A DNA stretch of 63,757 nucleotides, counting the filler. It is 6 parts of 6 records of this genome, joined end to end, with 100 filler letters (N's around TTAATTAATTAA, not from the genome) between each part and the next. Parts side by side here need not be neighbours in the genome. Positions count along the whole stretch, not along the records: positions 36,715 to 51,331 come from SRR20825010_1500; 5 more parts are not named here. The stretch is one strand, 5' to 3'. Positions 38,830-49,469 of this stretch are shown here, one piece after another. The first letter of the stretch is position 1; the number at the start of each line of letters is the position of its first letter. The notes beneath the pieces were generated by a model that made no database searches, was not told where the DNA came from, and saw nothing but the letters and a program-made list of their open reading frames with translations. Both the position numbers and the translations under genes were made by a program.

Positions 38830-40062
38830 TTAGATCGGCTCACCGCGAAGCAAGCGCGGCAGATCACCGACCGACCCACCCGCATGCCGCATAAACAGAC
38901 GACGCGCCGGGCCTGTCAGATTGACGAGCCCCATGCCGATATCGCGCACCAGACGCAAGGGAGTAATGTCGTTGGAGAAAAGACGGTTCATCCCGTCCAT
39001 CAGCAACGACAAAGAAACATTGTCGAACCGGCGCCATTGCTGATAGCGCTCCAGGACATCTAGTGCACCTATATCCTGCCCAAGACGCGCCGCCTCGATT
39101 ATGACTTGTGCGGCAGCCGCCACATCCCGCCAACCGAGATTAAGCCCCTGACCTGCGATCGGATGGATTGCATGTGCCGCGTCACCCACAAGGGCAAGAC
39201 GCGGACGTACATAATCACGCGCAAGTTGCAGTGACAATGGATAGGACCAACGCGGCCCCACCGGCTTACATTCTCCAAGATAGTCGCCAAAGCGAGCCCG
39301 CATCTCGTCGGCAAAGGCAGCATCATCAAGAGCCAGTATCGTGCGAGCACTTTCATGACGCTCAGTCCACACAAGCGATGCCCGATTACCAACCATAGGT
39401 AAAATGGCGAAGGGTCCGCCGGGCAGAAAATACTCTTGCGCCACACCTTCATGTGGTCGTTCATGCTCGACCGTTGTCACGATACCTGTCTGACCATAGT
39501 CCCAGCCAATGGTCTTGAGGCCAGCCGCCTGACGGGTCGGTGAATTGCGACCGTCTGCAGCAAAAGCCACACGCGCCTTAACGCGTGTCCCATCCTTCAA
39601 TGTTGCAAGAACGTGTGCGCCATACTCCATTTTGATGACAGCATTGGGAGCAATCATGCGAATGCCTGCGGCCTCGCTAACAGCCTTTTGCAAAGCAATG
39701 CGCAAATGCCGATTTTCGATCAGATGGCCCAGCGGCTCATCGCCGATTTCAGTGTGATCGAAATGCAGAAAGAAAGAGGAACTCGGCCCCCGTACACGAC
39801 CATCGGAAACCACAATATCGTTGATGGGCTGCATCTGCCCCGCCAAATGCTCAATCACGCCGAGCTGACGCAACATACGGCAGGAGGAAAAAGCCACCGC
39901 CGAAACACGTCCGTCAAATCCAGCGCCCGTGGCAGTGGCAGGATCAAGCGCATCAACCAAGGTGACGCTGAGGCCGCCCTGTGACAAAGCCAATGCCAAT
40001 GGCATGCCCGCGAGCCCGCCACCGACAATCAGAATATCGCTTTCGTAATCCACCGGTTCCAT
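38830..40062 (-). CDS. UbiH/UbiL-family FAD-dependent hydroxylase
   Basis: IVGGGLAG, AADG.NS..R, PGGPFAILP, GDAAH.IHPIAGQGLNLG.RD; ATG at 40062 with GGGGA RBS. Confidence 0.9.
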   Translation of the reverse strand: MEPVDYESDILIVGGGLAGMPLALALSQGGLSVTLVDALDPATATGAGFDGRVSAVAFSSCRMLRQLGVIEHLAGQMQPINDIVVSDGRVRGPSSSFFLHFDHTEIGDEPLGHLIENRHLRIALQKAVSEAAGIRMIAPNAVIKMEYGAHVLATLKDGTRVKARVAFAADGRNSPTRQAAGLKTIGWDYGQTGIVTTVEHERPHEGVAQEYFLPGGPFAILPMVGNRASLVWTERHESARTILALDDAAFADEMRARFGDYLGECKPVGPRWSYPLSLQLARDYVRPRLALVGDAAHAIHPIAGQGLNLGWRDVAAAAQVIIEAARLGQDIGALDVLERYQQWRRFDNVSLSLLMDGMNRLFSNDITPLRLVRDIGMGLVNLTGPARRLFMRHAGGSVGDLPRLLRGEPI

Positions 40063-40172
40063 AAGTTGAAGTTCCCCTGTATGGCCGAAATTGTCCAGCA
40101 TTCCGGCCTGTCCATATGGACGCAGGCGGATGACGTGCCTAGTCTCGCGGGAAAGAATGAGGCGACTATCCC

Positions 40173-41537
40173 ATGAGTAAACTGAACTCCCAGACATCCG
40201 CACTTGCACTTGGACAACTAATCGAAACAGGCGCAATCACACCGCGAGACGCGACCGAGTTTTATCTGGACCAGATCGCGCAAACCGACAGCGGCCATCG
40301 CATCTATTTGCGGCTGACTGAGACGCGGGCACGGGCGGAGGCCGACGACGCCGGAAAACGCGCCAAAAGCGGACTACGCCGCCATCCGCTCGACGGTGTA
40401 CCTCTTTCCTGGAAAGACCTGTTCGACACCAAGGGGACAGTAACGGCAGGCGGCTCACGTGCCATGAGCAACCGTGTACCTGATAGCGATGCCGCAGTGC
40501 TAATCCAAGCGACAGCAAATGGCAGCATTTGCCTTGGCAAAACCGCCATGACAGAAATTGCCTTTTCCGGCCTTGGCATCAACCCCACCTGTGGAACACC
40601 GCCCAACGCTTTTGACGAGGTGACGGAACGGGCACCTGGCGGATCATCGTCGGGCGCGGCTGTCGCCCTGGCGCGCGGACTTTGCGCGGGCTCGATCGGC
40701 ACGGATACAGGCGGCTCTGTGCGCATTCCCGCAGCTTGGAACGGACTAGTCGGCCTCAAGACCACAGCGGGGCGGCTATCACTCAAAGGAACTTTGCCAC
40801 TCTCACCGACTTTCGACACGGTAGGCCCATTGGCGCGGGATGTCGCCGATGCCAATGCACTCCTCTCCCTGCTGTCTGGAGATATGCCTTTCAACTTAGC
40901 AGGAACCGATTTGCGACAAATATCTATTTGCTTGCCCGGGGGTGTCGGCTGGTCGGAGCTGGACGAGGGGATCGGTGATGTTGTCGACGACGCATTATGC
41001 CGACTGCTAAAAGCGGGTGTCCGGATCGTAGAACAATCTCTGCCAGAACTTGACACCATTGACGCGCTCGCATGGGGTGGCGGGGCCAGTCGTCTGGTCG
41101 CAGAGGCCTATTCCCGCTGGGCTCCAATGCTGGAGGCCCACAAGTTGGACATTTTTCCACCTGTCTATGAGCGCGTCATGGCAGGCGCCGCGATTGCGCC
41201 AGCTGATCTAGAAAATGCTGACAAAGAACGCGCGGCAATCAAGGCACGCTACCTTGAGCAGACGCGCCACGTTGATGTTGTCGCCCTTCCCTGTGTCGCC
41301 ATCACACCACCCCCTATTTCATCACTTGAAAAAGGTGGTCCGGATTATTTCAAGGCGAACCGGATGGCGTTACGCAATACAACATTGGGCAACCAACTTG
41401 GTCTCTGCGCCATTACTCTACCTGTCGGTTACGACACCTCTGGAATACCGGTTGGGCTGATGCTGCAAGCTGCTCCGAATGCAGAAGAACGTCTACTACA
41501 AATAGCTTCGGCTATAGAGACTGCTCTAAATCACTGA
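40173..41537 (+). CDS. Amidase signature family protein
   Basis: LDGVP.SWKDLFD, GGSSSG, GTDTGGSVRIPAAW.G.VGLKT. Confidence 0.92.
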   Translation: MSKLNSQTSALALGQLIETGAITPRDATEFYLDQIAQTDSGHRIYLRLTETRARAEADDAGKRAKSGLRRHPLDGVPLSWKDLFDTKGTVTAGGSRAMSNRVPDSDAAVLIQATANGSICLGKTAMTEIAFSGLGINPTCGTPPNAFDEVTERAPGGSSSGAAVALARGLCAGSIGTDTGGSVRIPAAWNGLVGLKTTAGRLSLKGTLPLSPTFDTVGPLARDVADANALLSLLSGDMPFNLAGTDLRQISICLPGGVGWSELDEGIGDVVDDALCRLLKAGVRIVEQSLPELDTIDALAWGGGASRLVAEAYSRWAPMLEAHKLDIFPPVYERVMAGAAIAPADLENADKERAAIKARYLEQTRHVDVVALPCVAITPPPISSLEKGGPDYFKANRMALRNTTLGNQLGLCAITLPVGYDTSGIPVGLMLQAAPNAEERLLQIASAIETALNH

Positions 41538-41542
41538 ACAAC

Positions 41543-41572
41543 AAAAAGGGCGGGTCAAACGGCCCGCCCTCT
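41543..41572. terminator. Terminator hairpin between convergent amidase and ADH genes
   Basis: AAAAAGGGCGGG-TCAAACGG-CCCGCCCT; U-tract on the minus strand. Confidence 0.75.
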
Positions 41573-41593
41573 CTATTTTAAAAACAATAATCC

Positions 41594-43840
41594 TTAACGC
41601 ACAGGTGCCTGACGGGCACGGTCTTCAATTGCACGCTTCTGGATATAGGACTTGATAGCCTCTGCTTCTTCTTCAGAAAGAAGATCGGCAAAACTTGCCA
41701 TGCCACGGTCCTTCAACATACCTCCACGCACGATGTCTTGAAAATGCGACCGGATATTTTCATCCATGCGACGCAGATCAGGTGTCACGCCGGGGCTGAT
41801 CGCAGCGTTCCCGTGACAGAATCCGCAATGACGGGCGTAAGAGACTTCACCTTTATAAACGGTGTCTGCATCCGCCGTCAGAGCAGGCCACTCAGGAATG
41901 GACTGATCACGTAGGGCAAGACGCTCCAACTCGGCATCACCGCCAATTTTATAAACCAGCAATTTACCGTCATTGCCATATTTGGCAGCAGCAGAAGTGC
42001 GTGCATCGCCTGAAGTGATATTCACACCACCCCAGCCAGCCAGCACCGCCACATATTGAACACCGTCAACTGTATAGGTTACAGGCGGTGCAACAACGCC
42101 AGTCTGGATATCTTTCTCCCAAACCTTTTCGCCCGTATCCGCCTTATACCCATAAAGATGCCCGTCGGCTGTGCCCTGGAACACCAAATTACCGGCCGTG
42201 GTCAACACGCCACCATTAAGAGCGGCGGGATAGGCTATCTGCCACTTCACTTCGCCCGTGACCGGATCCCACGCCTTCAGGAAACCTTCCGCAGGCGGAA
42301 TTTCTCCCAGGCTATTCATCGTATCAACAAGGTCTTCATACGAGATGCCAAGATTCCACCAATTAGCTTCCGGCGAGTAGTGATTTTTCTCTTTCCATTC
42401 CTTATCAAGCGAATAAGGGAAGGCAATATCTTGACCGGGAATATAGACAAGACCCGCATTTGGATTATAGGCCCAAGGATGCCAGTTATGCGCACCATTC
42501 GCCGACGGCATAACAAGCTGCGTGTCTTTGGCATAATTAAGCGCAGGATCCTCGATAGGACGCCCGGTCTTCAGATCGACCCCTTTTGCCCATGTGACAA
42601 TGGCGTAATTCTTGGCCGAGATCAGTTCCCCAGTTCCGGCATCAAGCACATAAAAGAAACCGTTTTTAGGTGCATGCATCAGGACATGACGATCCTGACC
42701 ATCGAGCTTCAAATCCGCAATCATCAGCGGCTGTGTGGACGTATAGTCCCAGTTATCGCCCGGCGTTTCCTGATAATACCATTTCATTTTGCCGGTATCT
42801 GGATCAAGCGCGAGGATCGACGAGAGATATAGATTATCGCCGCCACCGGGTGACCGGATTTCCCGCGTCCATGGCGAACCATTGCCAGTGCCGACAAAAA
42901 CTGTATTGGTTTTCACGTCATAAACCATTGAGTCCCATGCCGTACCGCCGCCACCAAGCTTCCACCATTCGCCACCCTTCCAAGTGGGAATGGCTTTCTC
43001 AAGTTCCGGGTTTTCTACCGGCAAAGAGGGGTCACCCGGCACTGTATAGAAGCGCCATACCTGATCACCCGTATCTGCGTCATAAGCGGTTATATAACCG
43101 CGAACGCCATACTCAGCGCCGCCGTTACCAATCAGTACCTTGCCATTAATGATACGTGGTGCGCCGGTGGATGTGTAAGGCGCACCGGGAACGGTTTTCA
43201 CTTTCCAGACAACGGAACCATCTTTTGCATCCAGCGCAAAAAGATTGCCGTCGAAGCTCGCGACATAAACACGCCCCTTCCAGACGGCGACACCGCGATT
43301 AACCACATCACAGCAACCATAGCGCCCCCATTCACCGGGCACTTCTGGATCGAAACGCCAGAGCTCCTCACCCTTCCGCGCGTCGACTGCGATCACCTGG
43401 CCCCAAGTGAGCGAGATATACATCACGCCATCAACCACGATAGGCGACGCCTCAAGACCGCGTGTCGTCTCCGTGTCGAGTGACCACGCCAATCCAAGCT
43501 GCCCCACATTTTTGTCATTGATCTGTGTCAGTGGCGAAAAACGCTGCTCGCCATACGTGCGTCCATGGGCCAGCCAATTGCCCGGCTCGCTATCTGCATT
43601 TGCAATACGATCACCATCAATATCGGCAAGAGGTCGCGCCGCAGCTTCCTCTGTAGGCTGATCAATGGCGCTTGTTTCAGCTTCCGTATTTTCGGATGAT
43701 GCCCGACCTTCAGCCGTCACGGCCGGTGCATCTGAATGATCTTCGGACTTGATCGCGGCCAGTCCGACTCCGATGACCAGAAGCGCACAAGCCGCCAAGC
43801 TGACCGCACGCGGCCAACTGCTATCTGTTGATTGAGCCAT
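41594..43840 (-). CDS. PQQ-dependent quinohemoprotein alcohol dehydrogenase (type II, C-terminal cytochrome c)
   Basis: Vicinal CC (GCCDVVNRG), GAEYGVRG, GTGNGSPW, DNWDYTSTQ, GAHNW, C-terminal heme motif CGFCH. Confidence 0.93.
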   Translation of the reverse strand: MAQSTDSSWPRAVSLAACALLVIGVGLAAIKSEDHSDAPAVTAEGRASSENTEAETSAIDQPTEEAAARPLADIDGDRIANADSEPGNWLAHGRTYGEQRFSPLTQINDKNVGQLGLAWSLDTETTRGLEASPIVVDGVMYISLTWGQVIAVDARKGEELWRFDPEVPGEWGRYGCCDVVNRGVAVWKGRVYVASFDGNLFALDAKDGSVVWKVKTVPGAPYTSTGAPRIINGKVLIGNGGAEYGVRGYITAYDADTGDQVWRFYTVPGDPSLPVENPELEKAIPTWKGGEWWKLGGGGTAWDSMVYDVKTNTVFVGTGNGSPWTREIRSPGGGDNLYLSSILALDPDTGKMKWYYQETPGDNWDYTSTQPLMIADLKLDGQDRHVLMHAPKNGFFYVLDAGTGELISAKNYAIVTWAKGVDLKTGRPIEDPALNYAKDTQLVMPSANGAHNWHPWAYNPNAGLVYIPGQDIAFPYSLDKEWKEKNHYSPEANWWNLGISYEDLVDTMNSLGEIPPAEGFLKAWDPVTGEVKWQIAYPAALNGGVLTTAGNLVFQGTADGHLYGYKADTGEKVWEKDIQTGVVAPPVTYTVDGVQYVAVLAGWGGVNITSGDARTSAAAKYGNDGKLLVYKIGGDAELERLALRDQSIPEWPALTADADTVYKGEVSYARHCGFCHGNAAISPGVTPDLRRMDENIRSHFQDIVRGGMLKDRGMASFADLLSEEEAEAIKSYIQKRAIEDRARQAPVR

Positions 43841-44001
43841 GAAATTCCCTGTTCCTCTTCCCTCAGGACCGCAGTGTCCGCGGTCCCCTCACAGAGGGTC
43901 TTTTGCCCTCTTGCCTGCTTCCCAGCTTATCGGATGCTTTTTGACCTTGAAAGGCAGCTGGATGTAGGAAATTTGCCAAAGCCAGCACGGAGCCAAAGAC
44001 T

Positions 44002-44047
44002 TGCCTAAATTTTGAGCAATGGTAATATTGAGCCTAAATTTTGATCA
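44002..44047 (+). promoter_or_regulatory. Tandem putative NtrC enhancer sites upstream of amtB
   Basis: TGCCTAAATTTTGAGCA (44002-44018) and AGCCTAAATTTTGATCA (44031-44047), TGC-N11-GCA-like, 90-130 nt upstream of the sigma54 site. Confidence 0.6.
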
Positions 44048-44133
44048 TTTTTGATCATTCCAATCTGGACGCGCTTAGCGAGACTTCTGGAAAGTATAAG
44101 TAGAATCAAATCACTAGATAAAATTCTTCCATT

Positions 44134-44148
44134 CGGCACGGTTCTTGA
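44134..44148 (+). promoter_or_regulatory. Sigma54-type promoter CGGCACGGTTCTTGA (amtB)
   Basis: GG-N10-GA; IHF-like AATCAAATCACTA at 44104-44116. Confidence 0.65.
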
Positions 44149-44255
44149 GAACGTCTGCAACCAAGTGCCGGTATGCGCCTGGTCAGGCGTGTGTAGGAAA
44201 AGGCACTAACGCTTCAAGCCGGGGGGCAATGACCCGGCAGTCAATGGAGAGACGG

Positions 44256-45596
44256 ATGACTGAGAAAGGAAATGGAACGGGAGCTTGGTCCAAGCTTTCG
44301 TTGGGGGCCACAGCGGCAACGCTGGGCCTGCTCGCTACAATGGGCAGCGCTTTTGCCGATGAAGCGCCCACGCTGAATTCGGGCGATACAGCCTGGATGC
44401 TTACATCGACAGCCCTAGTGCTGCTGATGACGATCCCGGGCCTCGCCCTGTTTTACGGCGGCATGGTCCGCAAAAAGAACGTTGTGGCCATTAGTGCCCA
44501 GAACTTTGCCATTGTTGGCGTGATGACAGTCCTCTGGATGGTTATCGGCTATTCTCTGGCATTCACATCAAATGGCAGCGAAGCCATCAACGCCTATGTG
44601 GGCGGCTTCGACCGCGTGTTCCTCTCAGGACTGGGCGTGGATGCGATTTCGGGCACTATCCCCGAAAGCCTCTTCATGGTCTTCCAGATGACCTTCGCGA
44701 TCATCACACCGGCCCTGATCACAGGTGCCTTTGCTGACCGTATGAAGTTTTCTTCCCTTCTGGTCTTCATGTCCCTCTGGCTCGTCTTCATTTACGCGCC
44801 GGTTTGCCATTGGGTCTGGGGCGGCGGCTTCCTTTCGGCCGACGGCGTGCTCGACTTTGCCGGTGGTACGGTTGTTCACATCAATGCCGGTATTGCCGGT
44901 CTGGTTGCCTGCCTCGTTCTTGGCCCGCGTAAGGGTTACGGCACGGAAAACATGGCTCCCCACAATGTCGTCCTGACAATGGTCGGTGCTGCCCTTCTGT
45001 GGGTGGGCTGGTTCGGCTTCAACGCCGGTTCGGAACTTGCCGCTGACGGCCGCGCCGCAATGGCCATGGTCGTCACGCAGATCGCCACGGGTACGGCTGT
45101 TCTGGGCTGGATGTTCGCCGAATGGATCGTTCACAAGAAGCCCACACTGCTCGGCATGTGCTCGGGTGCCGTTGCTGGCCTCGTCGCCATCACACCGGCT
45201 TCGGGTTTTGTTGACCCCATGGGTGCGCTCTGGATCGGTCTGGCCGCTGGCGTGATCTGCTTCATCGCCTCGACAAGCGTCAAGCGCGCCATTGGCTATG
45301 ACGATGCTCTCGACGTCTTCGGCGTTCACTGCATCGGCGGCATCGTCGGCGCCGTACTCACAGGTGTCTTCGCCACGATGGCAATCACAGGTGCAGACGG
45401 TCCTGTGGGTGGCATTGACGGCAACTGGGGCCAGGTCACGGTCCAGATCAAGGGCATCATCTGGACACTCGTTTACTCGGGCATCGGCACATTCGTTCTG
45501 CTGATGGTCACGAAGATCTTCTTCGGTCTACGTGTCACACCTCAGGAAGAAGTCGAAGGTCTCGACATCAACCTGCACGGCGAGGTCATTCAGTAA
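44256..45596 (+). CDS. amtB: Ammonium transporter AmtB
   Basis: GLALFYGG, FQMTFAIIT, DFAGGTVVH, WVGWFGFN.GS, DD.LDVFGVH; GGAGAG RBS before ATG 44256. Confidence 0.96.
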   Translation: MTEKGNGTGAWSKLSLGATAATLGLLATMGSAFADEAPTLNSGDTAWMLTSTALVLLMTIPGLALFYGGMVRKKNVVAISAQNFAIVGVMTVLWMVIGYSLAFTSNGSEAINAYVGGFDRVFLSGLGVDAISGTIPESLFMVFQMTFAIITPALITGAFADRMKFSSLLVFMSLWLVFIYAPVCHWVWGGGFLSADGVLDFAGGTVVHINAGIAGLVACLVLGPRKGYGTENMAPHNVVLTMVGAALLWVGWFGFNAGSELAADGRAAMAMVVTQIATGTAVLGWMFAEWIVHKKPTLLGMCSGAVAGLVAITPASGFVDPMGALWIGLAAGVICFIASTSVKRAIGYDDALDVFGVHCIGGIVGAVLTGVFATMAITGADGPVGGIDGNWGQVTVQIKGIIWTLVYSGIGTFVLLMVTKIFFGLRVTPQEEVEGLDINLHGEVIQ

Positions 45597-45615
45597 TCGC
45601 CGCTGAAATGTAATC

Positions 45616-45656
45616 AAAGGGCGCTCAATTCCTCCTCGAATGAGCGCCCTTTTTTT
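45616..45656 (+). terminator. Intrinsic terminator after amtB
   Basis: AAAGGGCGCTCA...TGAGCGCCCTTTTTTT. Confidence 0.85.
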
Positions 45657-45800
45657 GTGCTATGCGTCATGCACAACAAACAAGCAAATGCCTTTATATT
45701 CACAGTTAGACTTGATGAGTGCCCGTGCATTGCTTGATCTGAACTTCGCTACACATCGAAACAAGCCGTAAAAACAAAGAGTTATAGATTATTTCTTTTA

Positions 45801-45815
45801 CGGCATGGTTCTTGA
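45801..45815 (+). promoter_or_regulatory. Sigma54-type promoter CGGCATGGTTCTTGA (glnK)
   Basis: 14 of 15 nt identical to the amtB element; IHF-like AAACAAAGAGTTA at 45772; TGC-N11-GCA at 45670-45686. Confidence 0.65.
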
Positions 45816-45823
45816 TTACCTGA

Positions 45824-46273
<450 letters not shown>

Positions 46274-46672
46274 GCATCCCGGGCATCCGGCTGGTGGATG
46301 CCCGAGGGCTTCCGCCATCCGGCCTGCCGGACAATCACACGAGTAACCTGTTATTACGTATTTTTGCGTTCCTGATTTTGCAGTCCTCCTAACGACCGAT
46401 CCCAATTGCGGACGGCACGGGAAGATTTGCCAGCCGGACTTTGCACTTCCCCTGTGAAGTCCGGCTTCCCTCTTTAAGCGCGCCACAGACCTGCGGGACA
46501 TCAAAACCAGCGAGTTACATCTCGCTAATTTTTGCCTATGAATTGACCTATTGCCTAAGAAATGGGTCCGAAAAATAGGCGGGCATTCGACAATCAGCTC
46601 TATGGCAATTTCACATCCTACGAAACCCGCGGAAATCAGCCAGATTTTCTGATGACAAATTAGGCAGTTTTC

Positions 46673-46687
46673 TGGCATGGCGCTTGA
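46673..46687 (+). promoter_or_regulatory. Sigma54-type promoter TGGCATGGCGCTTGA (second amt)
   Basis: GG-N10-GA; TGCCTA half-sites at 46533 and 46552 upstream. Confidence 0.6.
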
Positions 46688-46773
46688 TTGTGCAATAGCC
46701 AATCAAAATGGCAGCATGTCGCCTGACTTGACGGCCTGACATAAAGCAACTGCCGAAATTAGGGGAAACATAA

Positions 46774-48012
46774 ATGGACGCGACAACAGCCGGCTCCACC
46801 AATGGTGCCGACGTATTCTTTCTGCTTATGGGCGGCATTCTCGTCTTTGCAATGCATTCGGGTTTTGCCTTTTTGGAGGTCGGTACGGTCCGCCACAAGA
46901 ACCAGGTCAATGCACTGGTCAAAATTCTGGTCGATTTTGCCGTATCCACCATCGCCTATTTTTTCGTCGGCTATGGTGTCGCTTATGGTGTCCATTTTCT
47001 CGTCAATGCTGCGACCCTCAACGGCAATGAAGGCGACCTTTTCGCGCCCCAAGGACGTGACCTTGTAAAGTTCTTCTTTCTGCTCACCTTTGCAGCCGCT
47101 ATCCCGGCCATCATTTCCGGCGGTATAGCAGAACGCGCACGCTTCTGGCCGCAAGCCATGGCCACCGCGATCATTGTCGGCATCGTCTACCCCTTCTTTG
47201 AAGGCATTGTCTGGAATGGCAATTTCGGGATTCAGGACTGGATGACAGCAACCTTCGGGGCAGCCTTTCATGATTTCGCGGGCTCGATCGTCGTCCATGC
47301 CGTGGGCGGCTGGCTGGCACTGGGCGCTATCATCATGCTCGGACGCCGCACGGGCCGCTATGCCAGAGACGGTCGCCTCATGGCCTTCCCGCCTTCGTCC
47401 ATTCCATGGCTAGCATTGGGCTCCTGGCTCCTCTGCATCGGCTGGTTTGGCTTCAATGTCATGTCGGCGCAATCGCTTGATGCCATATCCGGCCTCGTCG
47501 CACTGAACTCCTTGATGGCAATGGTCGGCGGCATCATTTCGGCGCTCGTTATCGGTCGCAATGACCCGGGCTTCACCCATAACGGAGCGCTAGCAGGACT
47601 GGTCGCCGTTTGTGCCGGATCGGACCTGATGCATCCTTTGGGCGCGCTGATCACCGGCGCGGTAGCAGGCGGCCTTTTCGTCATCATGTTCGACTGGAGC
47701 CAGTCCAAAGCCAAGATCGATGACGTGCTCGGCGTCTGGGCGCTGCATGGCCTGTGCGGCCTTTGGGGCGGAATCGCCTGCGGCATATTCGGCCTCACCA
47801 GTCTTGGCGGGATCGGCGGCGTCACATTCCTCAGCCAGCTCATCGGCTCGCTAGGTGGCGCTACATTCGCTCTAATTGCAGGCTTCGCGATCTATGCCAC
47901 ATTGAAAAAGACCGTCGGCATCCGCCTCACACCCGAGGAAGAGCACCGTGGGGCCGACCTCTCGATCCACATGATCGGCGCCAACCCGGAATCCGACATT
48001 CCAGCGCGGTAA
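46774..48012 (+). CDS. Second, divergent ammonium transporter (Amt family)
   Basis: MHSGFAFLEVG.VR.KN, ISGGIAER, DFAGSIVVH, GWFGFN, DDVLGVWALHG. Confidence 0.92.
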   Translation: MDATTAGSTNGADVFFLLMGGILVFAMHSGFAFLEVGTVRHKNQVNALVKILVDFAVSTIAYFFVGYGVAYGVHFLVNAATLNGNEGDLFAPQGRDLVKFFFLLTFAAAIPAIISGGIAERARFWPQAMATAIIVGIVYPFFEGIVWNGNFGIQDWMTATFGAAFHDFAGSIVVHAVGGWLALGAIIMLGRRTGRYARDGRLMAFPPSSIPWLALGSWLLCIGWFGFNVMSAQSLDAISGLVALNSLMAMVGGIISALVIGRNDPGFTHNGALAGLVAVCAGSDLMHPLGALITGAVAGGLFVIMFDWSQSKAKIDDVLGVWALHGLCGLWGGIACGIFGLTSLGGIGGVTFLSQLIGSLGGATFALIAGFAIYATLKKTVGIRLTPEEEHRGADLSIHMIGANPESDIPAR

Positions 48013-48221
48013 GGCGCTTTCAGACACAGGGCAGGGCATGGTTAACCACAGATTAACGAATTACTTCCAATTTTGTGGATAAGACGCGGAGACTCCACAG
48101 GTTTTTCCACCGATGGGATCCCTGATCCCAACTGGACCCATTAGAAACCTGTCGATAATATCGCGCCAACATAACCATGCCCGCCTGCTTCGTAGGCGCG
48201 GCAACATAGAAAGTCCGCGTC

Positions 48222-49469
48222 TTGTCTGCGCCCCAACCGACGCATAACCGCCTTGACGCCCTGCCCGACAGCCCCTTTCCGCGCCTTAATGCGCTGATCG
48301 AAGGGATCGCGCCGGGCATGTCTCCGCTCATCATGTCGCTGGGCGAACCCCAGCATGCATTTCCCGAGTTCGTGACCCAAACAATCGTCAAACACGCTTC
48401 AGAATTCGGCAAATACCCCCCCATCATCGGCACGCCCGAGTTCCGTGCCTCTGTCGCTGGCTGGTTGGGGCGACGCTACGATTTGGCCGACGCCATCGGA
48501 CCCGGCAAGCCACTTGACCCCGACCATCAGATATTGCCGGTCAATGGTACACGCGAAGCGCTCTTTAATGCGGCTCTCGTCGCCACACCGACCTCAAAGG
48601 CCGGACAGCGCCCCGCCATTCTGATGCCAAACCCATTCTACCAATGCTATGCCGCCGCCGCCCTAGCCGCAGGTGCCGAACCAGTTTACGTCCCGGCCAC
48701 CGTAGAAAATGGCTTCATGCCGGATTTTGCTGGCGTGCCAGAGGCTCTGCTCGTCCGGACATCAATGATCTATGTTTGCAGCCCTGCCAATCCGCAGGGC
48801 GCGGTCGCAAGCCTCGACTATCTCAAAACCCTCCTGCGTATTGCTCGCACCCACAACATCCTCTTGGCCATAGATGAATGCTATGCGGACATTTACGACC
48901 GTGAGAAGCCCGCTGGCGCTTTGCAAGCCGCGTTGGAACTTGACGGCACACTCAATAATCTCATCGTCTTCCACTCGCTCTCTAAACGCTCCAGTCTGCC
49001 CGGATTACGCTCCGGTTTCTGTGCGGGCGAGAGACGCTTCATGGCGCGCTTCCGCAGCTTCCGCAATATTGCCGCGCCGCAAGTACCGCTCCCGCTCATG
49101 GCGGCTTCAGCGGCCGCATGGAACGAAGACACTCATGCCGCCGAAAATCGGGACCGCTATCGTCGCAAGATCGACAGCGCCGAACGTGTCTTTGGCAACC
49201 GTCTGGGCTTCTATCGTCCTGCTGGCGGCTTTTTCCTTTGGCTCGATGTTGGCGATGGCGAAAAGGCAGCTAGAGATCTATGGGCCAAAGGCGGGGTGAA
49301 AGTCTTGCCCGGCAGCTATCTCTCGCGCGAAGATTCAGGACTGGAAAATGATTTGGGTTGCAAAGCTCTTGTCAGCGGCAATCCTGGCCACGCCTTCATC
49401 CGCGTAGCCCTTGTCGAAGATGAAACCAAGACCGAGGAAGCACTGAAGCGTATGGCGGAAATCCTGTGA
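48222..49469 (+). CDS. Class I/II PLP aminotransferase (DapC-like)
   Basis: [44 protein letters not shown]. Confidence 0.88.
   Translation: MSAPQPTHNRLDALPDSPFPRLNALIEGIAPGMSPLIMSLGEPQHAFPEFVTQTIVKHASEFGKYPPIIGTPEFRASVAGWLGRRYDLADAIGPGKPLDPDHQILPVNGTREALFNAALVATPTSKAGQRPAILMPNPFYQCYAAAALAAGAEPVYVPATVENGFMPDFAGVPEALLVRTSMIYVCSPANPQGAVASLDYLKTLLRIARTHNILLAIDECYADIYDREKPAGALQAALELDGTLNNLIVFHSLSKRSSLPGLRSGFCAGERRFMARFRSFRNIAAPQVPLPLMAASAAAWNEDTHAAENRDRYRRKIDSAERVFGNRLGFYRPAGGFFLWLDVGDGEKAARDLWAKGGVKVLPGSYLSREDSGLENDLGCKALVSGNPGHAFIRVALVEDETKTEEALKRMAEIL

Noticed and set aside
41594-43840. Lanthanide-dependent alcohol dehydrogenase
   Set aside because: The active-site segment reads WDYT, lacking the extra Asp (DYD) of XoxF/ExaF/PedH types; consistent with a Ca-dependent quinohemoprotein.
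46280-46304. Hairpin CGGGCATCC...GGATGCCCG after glnK as an sRNA or REP
   Set aside because: Single copy with no U-tract; most simply a 3' stabilising stem.
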